Shown: positions 62,878 through 64,000 of the stretch, in pieces
Numbering within the stretch: the first letter of the stretch is position 1
How the letters are laid out: the number at the start of each line of letters is the position of its first letter
Origin: a virus
Reading direction: 5' to 3' (one strand)
DNA length: 64,000 bases
IMG/VR virus record: IMGVR_UViG_3300037247_001314
Coordinates: 32,001-96,000 of that record
Made by a program: the position numbers and the translations under genes
Notes under the pieces: generated by a model
What the model was told of the DNA's origin: nothing
The model's database searches: none
Seen by the model: the letters and a program-made list of their open reading frames with translations, nothing else

Positions 62878-63131
62878 CCGCGCTCGAACCCAGTCCCCTC
62901 GACGAGGAAAAGACGCGCAACAGCGTGCTTAGGAATCATCTCCTGGCGGTTGTGGGGGTCGGGCGGAAGTTCAACGCCGTAGCTGTAACGGTCGACCCAC
63001 AAGAGTTGACAGCGCAGGAACTTGATGGGCGTCGTCGCAGACACCTTTTCGTCGCCGACGAAAACGATGCCGATTTGCTTTCCTTTGAGCTTGTCCAAGA
63101 ACCCAGATTCCGGCCCATTGTTTTTACCCAC
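62874..63131 (-). CDS. Hfq/LSm-like RNA chaperone
   Basis: FLDKL helix, IGIVF, QLLWVDRYS (Sm1) and EMIPKHAV (Sm2, cf. Hfq MVYKHAI). Confidence 0.72.
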   Translation of the reverse strand: MGKNNGPESGFLDKLKGKQIGIVFVGDEKVSATTPIKFLRCQLLWVDRYSYGVELPPDPHNRQEMIPKHAVARLFLVEGTGFERG

Positions 63132-63513
63132 GTCGTGCGCTCCGTTTCTTCAAGTCAGCTTGATGTTGGGCCTTGAGCCGTTGCAGCTGGGCAATGGCGT
63201 TGTCAATCTCATCAAGCCAAAGCCTGTCATCCTTGAAGATGGGTGCGCCCACCGCGGACCCACCAGCCACTTGCTCGTCGACAACGTAACCCGTCTTCTC
63301 GACATTGCGCTGGCTGTTGTACGCGTGCACAACTTGCATGAGCGCGTCGACGCCGGTGGGCCAAGGAAGTCCTCGCACCAGCGTCGGAGCGTGGAACACG
63401 AGGTACGTGCGGTCACTGCCCTGCAGAAACCTAATCAGATGTTCGGGGTCGCTGATAGCAACCGCTTCCTGTGCTCGGGCTAGAGCGCGTGCATCAACGG
63501 TAGGCATCACCAT
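63124..63513 (-). CDS. Hypothetical protein
   Basis: GGAGG RBS; 129 aa. Confidence 0.65.
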   Translation of the reverse strand: MVMPTVDARALARAQEAVAISDPEHLIRFLQGSDRTYLVFHAPTLVRGLPWPTGVDALMQVVHAYNSQRNVEKTGYVVDEQVAGGSAVGAPIFKDDRLWLDEIDNAIAQLQRLKAQHQADLKKRSARRG

Positions 63514-63527
63514 AAAATCCTCCAGAC

Positions 63528-63576
63528 AAAAAAAGAAAAAATGCCCGCCGCACCGGGAGCCAGCGCGACGGGCGTC
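63528..63576 (-). terminator. Intrinsic terminator
   Basis: GCCCGUCGCGCUGG/CCGGUGCGGCGGGC stem followed by a long U tract. Confidence 0.8.
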
Positions 63577-63601
63577 AAGGGCTCTTACTTACGAACAACA
63601 C

Positions 63602-64000
63602 TCAACGCGGCCGGTTTGCAACCCAGGCGCCAAAAAAAGATGCGTCCTCAAGAACCTCAACGTTAAATGTAGCTTCCTTCCAGAACACACTCAACCGCTC
63701 AAGGCTGTGATCCATAAGGGTTCGGTGGTGTCTATCCGAGAAATCAACGAAGAGCGCGCGGGTCTTACCAGGCACTGCGGTGCACGCTCGATACGCAGCT
63801 TGGATGAGAGGGACTTCCGCTTTCTGGCCTGGGCAGTAAACACAGGCGGCAGTGTTTGGCAGGTCAGTGCCCTCTCCGACCATGCTCGTGCCGATTAGCA
63901 CCTGGATGGCCGAGCTCTCTGCAAAGGTGTCGATGATGTTTTGACAAATGTGTGCTGGCCGATTGGTGCTCACAAACTCCACAGCCCGAAACTGCCTACC
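63602..64000 (-). CDS. Superfamily II helicase, C-terminal part
   Basis: Motif V VLIGTSMVGEGTDLP, motif VI IQAAYRA, VDF.D. Confidence 0.82.
   Translation of the reverse strand, partial: GRQFRAVEFVSTNRPAHICQNIIDTFAESSAIQVLIGTSMVGEGTDLPNTAACVYCPGQKAEVPLIQAAYRACTAVPGKTRALFVDFSDRHHRTLMDHSLERLSVFWKEATFNVEVLEDASFFGAWVANRPR

Noticed and set aside
1-64000. CRISPR array, tRNA or rRNA genes, integrase or transposase
   Set aside because: No regularly spaced repeat-spacer units, cloverleafs or recombinase/transposase motifs seen; the TCCAGAC copies are irregular and intragenic.

Overview
This 64 kb window is part of a large, GC-rich (roughly 60%) tailed phage genome. Essentially every credible gene is on the minus strand. 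Left end (0-10 kb): portal, two probable inner-head proteins, terminase large subunit and a ~400-nt highly structured non-coding RNA. Middle (10-45 kb): dense accessory region with sigma70-type promoters, a split/overprinted C5 methyltransferase, HU, ThyX, HAD and PHP phosphatases, a MazG fusion, a Dam-like MTase, an ADP-ribosylglycohydrolase and an amidase. Right end (45-64 kb): replication/recombination module with beta clamp, HNH, SbcCD, RecA, gp32-like SSB, UvsY-like protein, family A polymerase, sigma factor, primase, DnaB helicase, an Hfq-like protein and an SF2 helicase. Most notable: (1) a 646-aa protein (35616-37556) that reads as a patchwork of short copies of the phage's own portal, helicase and polymerase motifs, plus capsid- and baseplate-like pieces, flanked by other apparent fragment or dead copies of virion proteins, i.e. 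a candidate decoy system against immune sensors; (2) a large unclassified ncRNA upstream of terminase, plus a phage Hfq; (3) the 7-mer TCCAGAC, found about 130 times by eye against about 8 expected; (4) a [KR]R[AGP]V[TAR][LIV] terminal peptide shared by at least 8 unrelated proteins. All family calls are by-eye motif recognition; no database searches were run.
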